Assembly: GCA_964016885.1 (NCBI GenBank)
Contig: OZ024740.1
Span: forward strand, 84,754,001 to 84,818,000
Source of the DNA: Eledone cirrhosa
Lineage: Eukaryota
DNA: 64,000 bases
Direction: 5' to 3'
Positions 1 through 12,436 of the stretch are shown here, in pieces. A program made the translations under genes and the position numbers. Under the pieces are notes generated by a model that worked only from the letters and a program-made list of their open reading frames with translations, did no database searches and was not told where the DNA came from. The stretch's first letter is position 1; every line of letters starts with the position of its first letter.

Positions 1-295
1 CCGACAGCTAGATCCGAACAAGATATGAGGTAGCGGTCGGTGCAGAGTTATATAGAAACCACATAATACGAAGGTTGCCGCCTGATGACGACCTGTAATT
101 GCGTGGGTCAAGTTGTAGTTATGCTGAGAATATCTTTGGTGTGATTTTGAAGTGTGATTAGTTTTACTAGCAGAAAACCCGCCCTCTGGCGGTTTTCTGC
201 TGGCATATGCAGTGTGCATATTGGTATTATACGCAAATATATATATATGTAAATTGAAAAGTAAATTGACAATATCTTCTTATTCGCCCACTTAT

Positions 296-920
296 TTATT
301 TCTGAGAGGGTCGTGGGGGCAGAGTCCTTCTCAAACACTCCTTCCAGCGAGTCTGTCAGAAGCAAAGATCTCTAACTGATCCAGCTGGATCCCAAAGCGT
401 GACCAGCCCAGCTCATGGATGTTATCCAACTATCTTGCTCAGGGTCTACATCTGGGTCTCTTGACGGTTAATTTTGCCTGTAAAATGTGTCCAGCGATTC
501 TTTACTGAGACATTCTAACCACATGCTCATAATATCGGAGTTGTGATCTCTCAATTCGGAGAAGTAGTGGCTCTACCAGGAGTGACTCTCTGGTCTCTGA
601 GTTATGCACTTTATCGAGTAACGTTACTCCAAAGACCCTTCGGAGGAATCCCGTTTCTGCCGCTTTTATTTGCAATTGTATTCTTTTGGTCATTACTCAA
701 GATCCTCAGTAACAGTTGGCAGGAATACCAGGAAGACAGCGAGTTTGACTTTTACACCTACCCCCTCCTTCTGATTGCCGAATGCTGAGGCTGGCCCATT
801 ACTGCATCAGCTTTTGCAATTCTTGCACTTAATTCAGCCTCCTGCATTCCATCACCCATGAACACGGCTCCAAGATTCTTGAACTTCTCTAACTGCTTCA
901 GTAGAACTCCATTCACATGC
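296..920 (-). pseudogene. RTE-clade LINE, degenerate 3' end of RT ORF
   Basis: ORF track: FKNLGAVFMGDGMQEAELSARIAKA and IKAAETGFLRRVFGVTLLDKVHNSETRESLLVEPLLLRIERSQLRYYEHVVRM resemble the RTE/RTE-X RT C-terminus; frameshifted. Confidence 0.75.
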
Positions 921-1109
921 ATATAAATTTGAGGGACTTCTGTACACCCGTGTATGTGTGTTTGTGTGAATGTATGTATGTGTAAAAGGAAGGAAAGGGA
1001 TACACACATATATGTCTCTAACTTAAAAATAGTGACACACACATGTCTCTAATTTATGAACACTAACAAACTCGCGCGTACACATACTGTCCTATTACCA
1101 CTCAAGAAC

Positions 1110-1830
1110 TTTGGCCCGGGCAAACATCCCCTCAATTTTGGAACCGTCTGGGTTGTCCAGAATTGATAGGAAAAGACTTGACGGTCTTACTCTGTGTTTT
1201 ACTCCTGGTCAAGAGGCAGATGCCTTACCTGGGACGTCACAGTTAGTGACTCTTTTGCTCCGTCCCACATCCTGGATGCAGCGGTAAGGGCGAGAGCTAC
1301 AGCATCCGCAGCTGAACGGAACAAAATCCTAAAATACCGTGTTCTGTCAGCTAACTACATTATCCAGCCTGTGGCGTTCGAGACGTTTGGAGGAGTCGGG
1401 CTACTGACAGCGAGGTTCTTATCTTCACAGGCGGCTCGCCAAACAGGGGTAACTGGTGATGCTCATGAGGGCACTTGGTTGTTCCAACACCTCGCCATTA
1501 CCCCCAAGTAACCCTGCGAACGTGCTGGCTTGCCTCAAAAATTATTAGAGAGGTTTCCCAGTGCTCCTCGCTACATTACTAATTTTTGCTCTGGTAGCGT
1601 CTCGTTTTTTTCCATTCTTTTACCTGCATATTGTTCTATGGGGTCTAAGATGTGTGTATTACGTGCTTGTGTATTTTTTCTCTTTCTTTTTTTCTTTTCC
1701 CTTTCCTTTGTATATATTATATTTGTTAGTCTTTTCGTTCTGTAATCATTATATTAAATTTTTATACAAATGAGTTTAAAAAAAAAAAGTTAAACTGTGT
1801 TGTTAATAAATAAATAAAAAGTTGTACTTT
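1110..1830 (+). mobile_element. CRE-like non-LTR retrotransposon 3' fragment (restriction-like endonuclease domain and 3' UTR)
   Basis: LEPSGLSRIDRKRLDGLT..WSRGRCLTWDVTVSDSFAPSH..AAERNKILKY..IQPVAFETFGG matches the RLE C-terminal pattern of CRE elements; followed by AATAAA repeats. Confidence 0.7.
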
Positions 1831-1935
1831 TACCCTCCCATTTCCAATTCACCGAACGCTATCATGACTGTATGTGTGTGTTTGTGTAAATGTGAATGTA
1901 AATGTGTGAATGTGTGTTTGTGTGAAAGTATTTGC

Positions 1936-2200
1936 TACCGTGTTCTGTTAGCTAACTACATTATCCAGCCTATGTGGTCTAAGATGTGTGCATTACGTGC
2001 TTGTGTAATTTTTCTTTCTTTTTTTACTTTCCCTTTCCTTTGAAATATTATATTTGTTTGTGTTTTCGTTCTGTAATCATTGTATTAAATTTTTATACAA
2101 ATGAGTTTTTTAAAAAAAGAGTTAAACTGTGTTGTTAATAAATAAATAAAACGTTATACTTGTTTTACCCTCCCGTTTCCAATTCACTGACTGTATGTAT
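1936..2200 (+). repeat. Internally deleted duplicate of the preceding CRE-like 3' end
   Basis: 1936-1971 repeats 1336-1371, then continues as a copy of ~1638-1880. Confidence 0.75.
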
Positions 2201-2741
2201 GTGTTTGTGTGAATGTGTGTTTGTCTGAATGTTTTTGTGTGACAGTATGTGTATTTATCTGAATGTATGCCCGTGAGCGTGTAGAAAGTCATAATCACTC
2301 TCATCACAAACTCTCTCTTTCTATATATATGGTAGTTGAAGTGGTGGTGGTGGTGACGATATACCGGAAGTGTAGAAATGTGTAAATTTGAAAAGAAGTC
2401 AATTTCAAATTATTTATAAATACGAAATTTAGTTAGGAAATTTAGTACATAAATTATGTAATATTCATTAAGTACCAGTAATGCATGGGGTAATTGCTGG
2501 CCTTGTGCCTAAAGTAGAAACAATTATTTATTCAAAGTAATCCAACTTATTTTACAAAAGGGATAAAAAAAATTTATTATGGATGCAGTCCCGCACTCAT
2601 TACTTTATAATAGTTTAGATTGTCTACTCGCATTTAGTTCTTCGTGAGACATCATATTGTCATTTATTCTGAAAAAGTATACATGAACATACACGCGCAC
2701 ACACACACACACTTTCACACACACACACACACACACACATC

Positions 2742-2778
<37 letters not shown>

Positions 2779-2864
2779 ATGTATATGGACATATTTATGT
2801 GTATAAATACACATATATGTACATCTACATATACATCCATGAGAGTATATATACATATTTATAC

Positions 2865-2955
<91 letters not shown>

Positions 2956-4759
2956 AACTTGAAACGTCTTAAGATACTTTCTGAGTATATACTCCCAGAA
3001 TTATATCTATCATAGAATATTCGCTTGATGTTCATGTTGCTCGGGTTTGCAATTGCCTGAAGTGTTGTGAAGAGAAAGGAAGATAGCAGAAAATGTAAAT
3101 ATATCACGTCATACTTTATGTGTGTTTTATATGCATTTCAATCTTATCCAACGCCATATATTTTGATGAATTGATTCAAAATGTACTTTTCTTTCTTATG
3201 CCAAGCTGTTTTCTGTGCCATTTATCTTATTATTTTTGCTTTTGTATTTCCTTTGTTTTTCCATATATGTTTTTGTTCGATTTTGTTTTCATACACCCAC
3301 GTCTTAAGTCCAAAGTAGATTTGGACAGAATTTCTTGTTTTTATATTCTACAGATCACGATGTAAGCAATCTATAAATATAATATATCTTTGTGAGATTT
3401 TATACTTTTTCTCACTTAACTAATGTCACGTTTACTGCATCTAGATATTTTCTAAATATATGTGTGTGTGTGTCCGCGTGTGAATGTGTTTGCGCATCTG
3501 TTTAATTAAAGTAGCTAAACATGTTATGCGTGCTTAGATGAACAATCAACTAAAACGTTTGTTAATCAATTCAGTATTATGCCGTTCACATTCTCTTCAA
3601 ATCTGTCAAGTTAATATAGTAAAGAGCTATTTTTGATTGTTTATTGAACAATGCCTATAATACTTACTAGACCTTCCATACTGTTTCATTTTGTAAAGTT
3701 AATATGTAGATAGAATGTCTAGGTTCACATCTTCAGATGAAGCAAGGCTAAGACAGAATTCTGAATGAAAAAATAATATTCATTTGGTAAGTTAAAAAAA
3801 ATGAAATTGCTAAGTTATCATGCATTCAAACATTTTTAACAAAATTGTTTTAAACATACTAAATTGAGACGAAGCCAATTTGAGGATTTCTTTAAAAAAT
3901 ATTGGTTGAATCATTTCAAATCATGCTGCAAATAGATTGGCACGGAATCACTTGATTCAACATGTGGTATTTACCAAAGTGTTAAAAAAAAACGCTAAAA
4001 ATCTACAAGTAAATATTTTTTTCAGTAGAGTAGAAACTATGAAATTTTTACATTAAAGATTCTATAAAATGTTCTATAAAACTTATTATTATGACAACCG
4101 ATGAAAAACTATGATGTTACAAATATATTAGTGGATAGTAAAATATTTGATTCTAGTGAGTTGTTTAAATTTTGCAATAATATTGTTGTATCTAGAACGT
4201 GGTTTATTATTGAAGATATGAATATATATATATGTCCATATTTACTGTTATGCTTATATATAGTTAGCTTTTTTTCCTTGATATGTGAAGTTTATTTGAA
4301 TATCGTGTGTTGTAGTAAAACATTGTAGATTTTATTGTTCTTAGTGCGACTCGGATCACGTCAAATGTAAGTTTGCCATAGATTATCTAATGGTACATGA
4401 GTATATTGGCGGAGTTGTTAGAGAAAAAGATTTGTGGTATTTGATCCGGTGCTCTGTAAGGGAGATAAAAAAAAAATGTTTTTACCACCTGTTATTTATA
4501 TCTAGATTAAATCAGATAATTCACATTTTTTATTATCTCCGTAACAGAGCACTAGAACTTAAATTAAATCCCTAATTAAATGTGCACAATCTGCATTCGT
4601 ATGGCAACTAAATTAATTAAATAACTATTTTTGCACAATACAGCATATATTGAATTATCTGATTTAATGTAAATATAAATAATGTATATAAATCTCGCTT
4701 TGTGTTCAAAATAACTAGCAACTGCCATAAATTCTCTCTGTAGAAGTAAGCATAGATTC

Positions 4760-4858
4760 TGTTTTTGTTTTTGTTTTGTTTTGTTTTGTTTTGTTTTGTT
4801 TTGTTTTGTTTTGTTTTGTTTTGTTTTGTTTTGTTTTGTTTTGTTTTGTTTTGTTTTG
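4760..4858. repeat. (GTTTT)n microsatellite
   Basis: Perfect pentanucleotide array. Confidence 0.95.
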
Positions 4859-5706
4859 GTAAATGGTTATAAAGTTGCAAAATGGCTAAATACAATTCCT
4901 TGTTTTTTGTGTCTGTATGGAGAGAATAACAAGTGTTTTCACAGTGAGGCTTATGTATATGTGTGTGTGTGTGGATGCATGCGTACATAGATATGTGCAT
5001 GATGTGTGTGTGTGTTTACGTCTTTGTACCTATGTGGATGTTTATGCATACACACACAATGCCCTCATCTCGCTGCGATATATTTCACCAGTTTCATTTT
5101 TAAAAATAGGTTTTCGTGGGTCATATTTAGGTGTCATAATAATTATGTTCACATCTTTTTAAAACTTCTCTTCTCTTTAATAGCATCTTTTATCACTAAC
5201 TTACCATAGCAATAGCGTTTAATATCATACATGATATGTTTTCACAAGCAAAAAAATCCAATTACTACCAACCTCTTCCTACGAACCGAAATGTCCGCCA
5301 GAACCTTTCAGCAAGAAAAGATTTATGAATTGTTAATTAACAAAACCGACAAATATTCTTCTGGAAATAATGGAATAAATAACATAGGCAGACATAATCA
5401 TTTAACTCGATGTTGTCAAAGATATTTCAAGAATGAGAAAAAATTTGACACTATTTTAAATTCTATTGGATTCTAGAGAGAATAATGGCGCTATCTAGAG
5501 ACAAATTTCATCATGTTGTCGATGACTTACCAACACCACCACGTTTAACCCAATCAATCAATGGCCGTCCTCAGCAGTATGGCCCCAAACTTCATTTTAC
5601 TATTCTCAAAATGGATTTGATGATTTATAAACACTCAGCTTCCACATGATGTGCTCACTGGTTCTTTTGCGTTTACACCCACATCTGTGTGTATGTGTGT
5701 GTGTGC

Positions 5707-5762
<56 letters not shown>

Positions 5763-5851
5763 TATTAATATATATATATCGCTCGGACTGGCTTATCCTC
5801 AAGAACTTACGACAAAGCTACTTATAAGCAACATATCTTTTGCAATATATA

Positions 5852-6279
5852 TATATATTGGTAAACGGAATAGAAAATGCTGACAAATTGTTCACAGTTG
5901 AAAAATGGTTTAATTAGGAATAAAAGAGTATTAGTGATTGTATGGGTTAGTATTCAGTTGTGGTTTTAAGTTTTTAAGTTTTTACCGGTTGCGCATTTCT
6001 AAATGCTTTTCAAAAATAATTTTGAGATAGAGTGTCCGTGCTGTTTGCTCAGAGCAAACAGCACGGACACTCTATCTCAAAATTATTTTTGAAAAGCACT
6101 TAGAAATGCGCAACCGGTAAAAACTTAAAAACTTAAAACCACAACTGAATACTAACCCATACAATCACTAATACTCTTTTATTCCTAATTAAACCATTTT
6201 TCAACTGTGAACAATTTGTCAGCATTTTCTATTCCGTTTACCAATATATAATAACTTGTGTGTTACACCTCTATTCTTT

Positions 6280-6283
<4 letters not shown>
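5852..6283. mobile_element. Fold-back PLE terminal-repeat (pLTR) hairpin in (TA)n: 199-bp arms plus 33-nt one-sided tail
   Basis: 5852-6050 is the reverse complement of 6052-6250 (one mismatch seen, 1-nt centre). Tail 6251-6283, then (TA)n. The same sequence ends the Neptune-type fragment at 38770-38968. Confidence 0.85.
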
Positions 6284-6342
<59 letters not shown>

Positions 6343-6443
6343 GTGTTTGTGTGTGTGTGCGCGTGCGTGCATGTAGATATGTATATATGTTAGAAGTAAT
6401 GATGTTAGTGAAACAAATGTGTGTAGATTGGATCCGCATGCAT

Positions 6444-7331
6444 CTAGTGGGTGGGGGGAGCTATCTGGATGCGTCAGCGTGTGATGTGCTGCACTTATCG
6501 TCGCATTTTCATTTCGTGAAATGGGGCTGTGAGAGGATTATGTATTTAGTGTTATCGGCTTTTTAAGTTTTCGTTATGACTACGTTTGTTGTTGTATAAA
6601 TTGATGTGTTACTTAGTTATCAAAGTTTATTTCGCGTTCCTGAACGAAGAGGGGGAATGATCTATTATAGAGAGAGGGAAGAGCGACGGAGAGAGTAAAG
6701 CTAAGAAACCATAAGGAGGTGTGTTAAACCTCGAAGCATGAAGAGAGTGAAGCAGTTAAATTATAGAGAGGGGGAATAATCTATTTTAGAGAGAGGGAAA
6801 AGCGACGGAGAGAGTAAAGCTATGTTTGTTGTATAAATTGATGTGTTGCTTAGTTTTCAAAGTTTGTGTCGCGTTCCTTGAAAAGAAGTTTTATCGCTGT
6901 TGGAAACTGTAATGGTGATAGGGTAGTAGACAGAGGCAGTAACCTTTTAAAGAGAGTTGCAGATGAGATTGAGGGCGGAGTAGAGGGAGGGATGAACCTT
7001 TTAAAGAGAGTTGCAGAGGAGATTGAGAGTGGAGTAGAGGGAGGGATGAACCTTTTAAAGAGAGTTGCAGCATGTATGTAGTTTCATAGATTGTTGATGG
7101 TAGTGGATAGAGTGAATAAGCGTGTAAGAGAGAGGTTTACAGCATGTATTTAGTTTTATCGATTTTTTTTCATAGAAGCAGAAAATATTTGGCAAAAGTT
7201 ATTATGCGTTGACCATCCTTGGTAAATTTGGAACACATTGGGGAAAAAATCATCAAAATCGGTAGAGAAATGTGGAAATGCATAAAAATCATACACACAC
7301 AGAGACAGACATCTTCCGTTTTATATATAGA
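6444..7331 (-). mobile_element. Putative non-autonomous Helitron-like element with internal tandem repeats
   Basis: Minus strand begins TCTATATATAAAACGGAAGATGTCTGTC (Helitron-type 5' end). Contains 54-bp repeats (6941-7070) and duplicated blocks. The 3' CTAG is uncertain. Confidence 0.45.
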
Positions 7332-7349
7332 GAGATATACATAAGTATA

Positions 7350-7635
7350 AGAGTGTGTGTTAGTGCGAGTGTGTGGGAGTGAGGGTTTATATAGGTGTGC
7401 GTGTGTGAATTTGTTTGTAGACACCTGACCATAGCCATTGTTACCTTACGTGAACCTTAAAAATCATGAGTGCCACCCTCATAGTGAACTTGTCTATAGA
7501 ATTCTTTCCGTCTTTGTTACTCTAAATATAGTTTTTAAAGAATTCCCTTTTCTTTAAACCCACCAACCAATGACCTCCACCCATCCCAATCATCACCCTC
7601 TCCTACCACCAAAAAAGATATAAATACCACCATAT
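7350..7635 (+). repeat. Diverged copy of the Naiad 3' UTR/pLTR region, truncated before the hammerhead
   Basis: Shares blocks such as agaattcccttttctttaaa, caaccaatgacc and ccctctcctaccacc with 17460-17900. Confidence 0.65.
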
Positions 7636-7789
7636 TACTTGGATAGTCATCTTCTACAAGGACGGTGCCCCAGCATGGCCTCAGCCGGATGGCTGGAACA
7701 GGTAAAAGAGTAAAAGAGTAAAAGAGTATATATATATATATGGGTGGGTGGATGTTTACATGTATATATATATATGTGTGTGTGTGTGC

Positions 7790-7820
<31 letters not shown>

Positions 7821-7882
7821 TACAAATTAGATGTAATGACGTTAAGGTCACAAATGTATGTAGATTGGATTCGCATGCATCC

Positions 7883-7925
<43 letters not shown>

Positions 7926-8285
7926 CGCAGCGAAAATCTCTGTAGGAAGAGAAAGGGAAAAGAATGTTCTATCTAGTGAAAGAGGGTAATTCATTCTTAC
8001 TGTGATTTCTCCCAACTTACACTGTACTATCAATTAATTCGAAGTGTTAAGAATATATCGAACACACAGTCGCAGATACGTGCATATCACATCAAATCAT
8101 ACTAGGCATTTTCTAGAACAATACTTCTTACGAACCCAAGACCAAAAAATATACCAGTTATCTACCATCTTAGTGATATTGCCCACAAGAACTTGTAACT
8201 TGCTATGCCATGAGTCAGTTCGTACAAACACAAAAGCCAAATCCGAACACCAAAATAATATATATATATAAATATATATATATAT

Positions 8286-8321
<36 letters not shown>

Positions 8322-8326
<5 letters not shown>

Positions 8327-8749
8327 ATTTTCGTATCGAGAGAGAGTAGAGGTTTAAAGGGATAACCGATATATATAGTTACTTGCCAAAAGCTGGTGCA
8401 TTTGTGCTCAATACTTGTGCCTACAGGGTTAAATATCGGAAGCGTTAATATTTAGCGAGCGAGAATATAAGCAGAGCGGTTACAAATGAAAGGATTACAA
8501 AGGAGAATACATACTGTTAGAACATGTTTATACATTTATACAGACATGTTGTTATTGTCAATAACAACATGTTTGTTTGAATGAAGAATGAACTTTGATG
8601 TGACTATCACTTTAAAACCCCTTCTGAGTTCTGTAATGAACACTCTCTAGACTTGTATGCCCTTGAGAAGCCCTGTTCGGGCGAAACGTACGTAGGTGCT
8701 TTTGTATAAACGTGTTCTAACAGCATGTATTCTCCTTTGTAATCCTTTC

Positions 8750-8753
<4 letters not shown>
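8322..8753. mobile_element. Fold-back hammerhead-bearing element in (TA)n
   Basis: ~51-bp inverted repeats 8484-8534 / 8703-8753, left-side tail, hammerhead just before the right arm; (TA)n on both sides. Confidence 0.75.
8659..8699 (+). ncRNA. Minimal type I hammerhead ribozyme, U3-A8 core variant
   Basis: GCCC-TTGAGAA-GCCC tgttc GGGC-GAAA-CG ta CG-TA-GG(T)GC; stem III region is the palindrome ACGTACGT. Confidence 0.7.
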
Positions 8754-8819
<66 letters not shown>

Positions 8820-8902
8820 GTTATTCCGGGTTGAGTCGGAGGTAACCACAGTAAGTAAGGTACTCAATACATTGCAGAGTATAACAGTTTTAATATAGAT
8901 GA

Positions 8903-8951
8903 GATTCTACAGGACTAGAACTGTTTCATTCTTTAGAAATCATCAGGAATC
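8903..8951 (-). ncRNA. Minimal type I hammerhead ribozyme (Naiad pLTR)
   Basis: GATTC-CTGATGA-T TTCT aa AGAA T-GAAA-CAG ttctagtc CTG-TA-GAATC; canonical core. Confidence 0.88.
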
Positions 8952-9523
8952 TGGGTATCAAAAAATAAATATGGTATTTATAGGTCTCTTCAGGTGGTAG
9001 GAGAGGGTAGGGAGTGGGATGGGTGTAGGTCATTGGTTGATAGAAAAGGGAATTCATTAAAAGCTAATTCTTCAAAGCTATAGTTTATATTTATAAACAA
9101 GTTCAGGATGGGGTGCCACTCCTTATTTTTAAGTTTCTCTTAAGCTAACAATGCCTAGATTTCAGGTGTCTATAAGATCATTGGGGTCAGTCATGGTTGA
9201 TGGATTTAAAGAAAAGGGAGATTCTTTAAAAGCTAATTCTTTAAGGTTCTACTAAGTGACAAAGGCCTAGAGAATTCTATAGACCAGTTCAAAATATTGA
9301 GTGCATATCATACCATTATCTTCAAATTTCTCTTAAACTATTAAACTATATTCCAAAAGTCAACAGACACATTCACAAACACACTCACTCTCATACTCGC
9401 GCGCACCCACATACATCCACACATACATATATACATATATATATATATAAACACACATACATATACAGATACATATACACACATATACATATATATATAT
9501 ATATATAGTTTTAATATAGATGA

Positions 9524-9572
9524 GATTCTACAGGACTAGAACTGTTTCATTCATTAGAAATCATCAGGATTC
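9524..9572 (-). ncRNA. Hammerhead ribozyme (left arm of hairpin)
   Basis: Reverse complement reads CCTGATGATTTCTAATGAATGAAACAGTTCTAGTCCTGTAGAATC. Confidence 0.75.
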
Positions 9573-9616
9573 CTGATGATTTCTAATGAATGAAACAGTT
9601 CTAGTCCTGTAGAATC
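9568..9616 (+). ncRNA. Hammerhead ribozyme (right arm of hairpin)
   Basis: GATTC-CTGATGA-tttctaatgaat-GAAA-CAGttctagtcCTG-TA-GAATC. Confidence 0.82.
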
Positions 9617-9852
9617 TCATCTATATTAAAACTGTTATACTCTGCTATGTATTGAGTACCTTACTTACTGTGGTTACCTCCGATTCAACCCGGAATAACG
9701 TACTATATATATATATATATACACACATATATACACATATATACATACACACATACATATATACATATACATATATATATACACACACACATACATACAT
9801 ACATACATACACCTACATATACACATATACACACATATACACATATACATAT

Positions 9853-9928
<76 letters not shown>

Positions 9929-9939
9929 TATATATATAA

Positions 9940-10673
9940 TGTATAATAAACAATACAATATAATTACCTCATTACCAGAGGTTTCCCGAATAAGACGAAT
10001 ACGAAAAAAACGTCCTCATTCGTTCGTCGGACAAGGTAATATAAAACATAGTGAAATATTTGGAAAGTCTCCTCAAGAAATGCAAAAAATATATAAATAA
10101 AAGTAATGCAAGAGATATATTAAAAAATATAAAAAAATATATAAAAAATATAAGGAAATATAGTTAGGTATGTGTATATGTATGTATATACACTCACAAA
10201 TGTACATATGTGTGTATGTACAAATGCATGTGTATGGTGAAAATGTGTGCGTAAGTACATATATGAGGGCAAGTATATTTGTGTATATGTGACCACAAAT
10301 ACGGATATAATATGAGTTGAAAAAGAAGATGATAATATAGTTGACACGCATCCAGATACAGGTATTAAATACACATGCGAGTATGAAAGCACGCGTATAA
10401 ACACACACACACGTACGGTCACTTATATGCGGAAGATAAAGAGGGAAGGGAGTGTAATAGTGAAAAGAAGTGTCATTCTCGATATATGTATAAAAATGAA
10501 ACAGTATATGAGAATGAAAAAAATGTTTAAATGAAAGGGAAAGTAATCAATTAACACTAGAGAAAAGAAAACAAACATAGGGACGCACGTACATTCACAA
10601 ATTTTGCTCTGGTACTTACATAGAGCACTCTTCACTCCTATGACTTTTTCAATTTTCAATGGAAACTTCAATA

Positions 10674-10676
<3 letters not shown>
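9940..10676 (-). mobile_element. Non-coding hammerhead-terminated element (probable PLE 3' end) between (TA)n tracts
   Basis: Unique ~740-bp block bounded by (TA)n, with a hammerhead near its minus-strand 3' end. Confidence 0.6.
9963..10040 (-). ncRNA. Type I hammerhead ribozyme, U4C core (CCGACGA)
   Basis: ATTACCTTGT-CCGACGA-a CGAATGAGGACG...CGTCTTATTCG g-GAAA-CC tct GG-TA-ATGAGGTAAT; 10-bp stem I and long stem II. Confidence 0.78.
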
Positions 10677-10724
<48 letters not shown>

Positions 10725-10758
10725 AGATTTGAATGGATACAGTTTAGTTGAAAGGAAT

Positions 10759-10875
10759 TTATTGACACGTGTTTCTATAACAGTTACATAACCTAAAACA
10801 GCTATCTACAAACTTTTAGTTATGCAGACATTCAATATTTCAATGTTATTATTTACTGTCATTTCATCAGAATAA
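10759..10875 (-). ncRNA. Hammerhead ribozyme with 88-nt stem II domain (left arm)
   Basis: Reverse complement of 12097-12213. Confidence 0.72.
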
Positions 10876-11437
10876 TATTACTGAGGACCTATTTAGTTTT
10901 TATAGAGAATCGATCAAAAGTTTACCCTAAAATGGGAAAAATTAGCTAAAACCCAAAGCTTTTCCAGGAGCCAAAATTTCTGCAAATTGTGTAATCTTGA
11001 GATTTATTACATAATCACACACAAGAAGAAACTGCTGAATAACAGAATTGAACGAACATTATTCTGCCGTCACAGAACTAAAACCCTTTTTTCCCACTAC
11101 AAGCCGAATATTACATAAAAGAGGGACATCCCCCAACTATATAAACCTTAATCTAGTTAGAAAAATATAAAAACAATCTCTTCTCAACATATATTAATAA
11201 CCTTAAATTACCATACTAATAATGAAAAGATATGCTGATGAGAATAGGTACAAATATGCGATAATGAATGTGTCTAAAAACGTCCATAAGTATGTATATA
11301 TATGTGAAAATGTATATAAATAAGTAAATATATATATATGTTTAATGTGTATAGTTAGATGTAAGTGTATTCATGTATTAAAGTGCTTATATATATATAT
11401 ATATGTGTGTATGTGTGTATATGTATGTTTGTGTATG

Positions 11438-11510
<73 letters not shown>

Positions 11511-12096
11511 GTATATATGTATGTATATATGTGTATGTATATATGTGTATATGGATGTGTATGTATGTGAATGTGTGTACACATGGACTAGAGTATGTAT
11601 GTATATATGTGTGTGTCTATACGTGTGTATATAAAGATAAGTTGAGTATGAAAATGTATACACATGAGCGCGTATGTATGTACATGAATACATGTGTGTA
11701 TATATATGTGTATGCATGTGTATGTATATGTAAGTATGAATATGTGAATTGTGTGTATATGTATTTTGTAGAGGTGTGCAAATATATTTGTGTGTGAATG
11801 CGTGGGTGAAAGGATACGTACACTTGAAAGAAAAATTTAAGTCTGAATGTTAATTAAGTGCAAACACAAAACCAACCACGCATATCTTCACTATCTCTAA
11901 TCCTTCTATAGATTTAGAAAAATAACCAATAATATATTCTATAAAAAATGTCAAAACAACAGATGGGAATCTAATTACTCACTGCCACCAAGAATTCTCA
12001 CTGCTATCGAAAAACCACTCCTTCAACTATTCTTCTAACAACTTCACCCCTCCCTCCTAATATTCTCTATAAAAACTAAATAGGTCCTCAGTAATA

Positions 12097-12213
12097 TTAT
12101 TCTGATGAAATGACAGTAAATAATAACATTGAAATATTGAATGTCTGCATAACTAAAAGTTTGTAGATAGCTGTTTTAGGTTATGTAACTGTTATAGAAA
12201 CACGTGTCAATAA
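12097..12213 (+). ncRNA. Hammerhead ribozyme with 88-nt stem II domain
   Basis: TTATT-CTGATGA-a ATGACAG...CTGTTAT a-GAAA-CA cg TG-TC-AATAA; palindromic ACACGTGT at stem III. Confidence 0.75.
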
Positions 12214-12360
12214 ATTCCTTTCAACTAAACTGTATCCATTCAAATCTTTCTATTTTTCTCCGGATTACTTTTGGAACTACAACTGGAACCGTCGAGCAAA
12301 CTCTACGTGAGCTGATAATCTACTGTGTGTAATATTTATATTACAACACAACGGAAAATA

Positions 12361-12430
<70 letters not shown>

Positions 12431-12436
<6 letters not shown>

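Larger units (their letters stand above)
9507..9702. mobile_element. Mini fold-back of the Naiad pLTR with two divergent hammerheads
   Basis: Perfect palindrome 9507-9569 / 9571-9633 plus tail 9634-9702, which is the reverse complement of 8817-8886. Confidence 0.85.
10720..12363. mobile_element. Fold-back element with ~190-bp inverted arms, ~110-nt tail and long-stem-II hammerheads
   Basis: 10720-10910 is the reverse complement of 12062-12252. Tail 12253-12363, internal microsatellite, (TA)n flanks. Confidence 0.85.

Noticed and set aside
78-115. Hammerhead starting at CTGATGA (83-89) with a GACC/GGTC helix
   Set aside because: No GAAA or stem III follows; at most a truncated remnant.
6085-6125. 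Hammerhead-like TTGAAAA...GAAA-TGCGCA in the Neptune-linked pLTR
   Set aside because: Stem II cannot form and no UH follows the palindromic stem III.
5852-6250. Palindromes as long-read fold-back artefacts
   Set aside because: Arms in several elements show substitutions, indels and different nested inserts, and they share a consistent one-sided tail. An artefact is unlikely, though read-level confirmation is still advisable.
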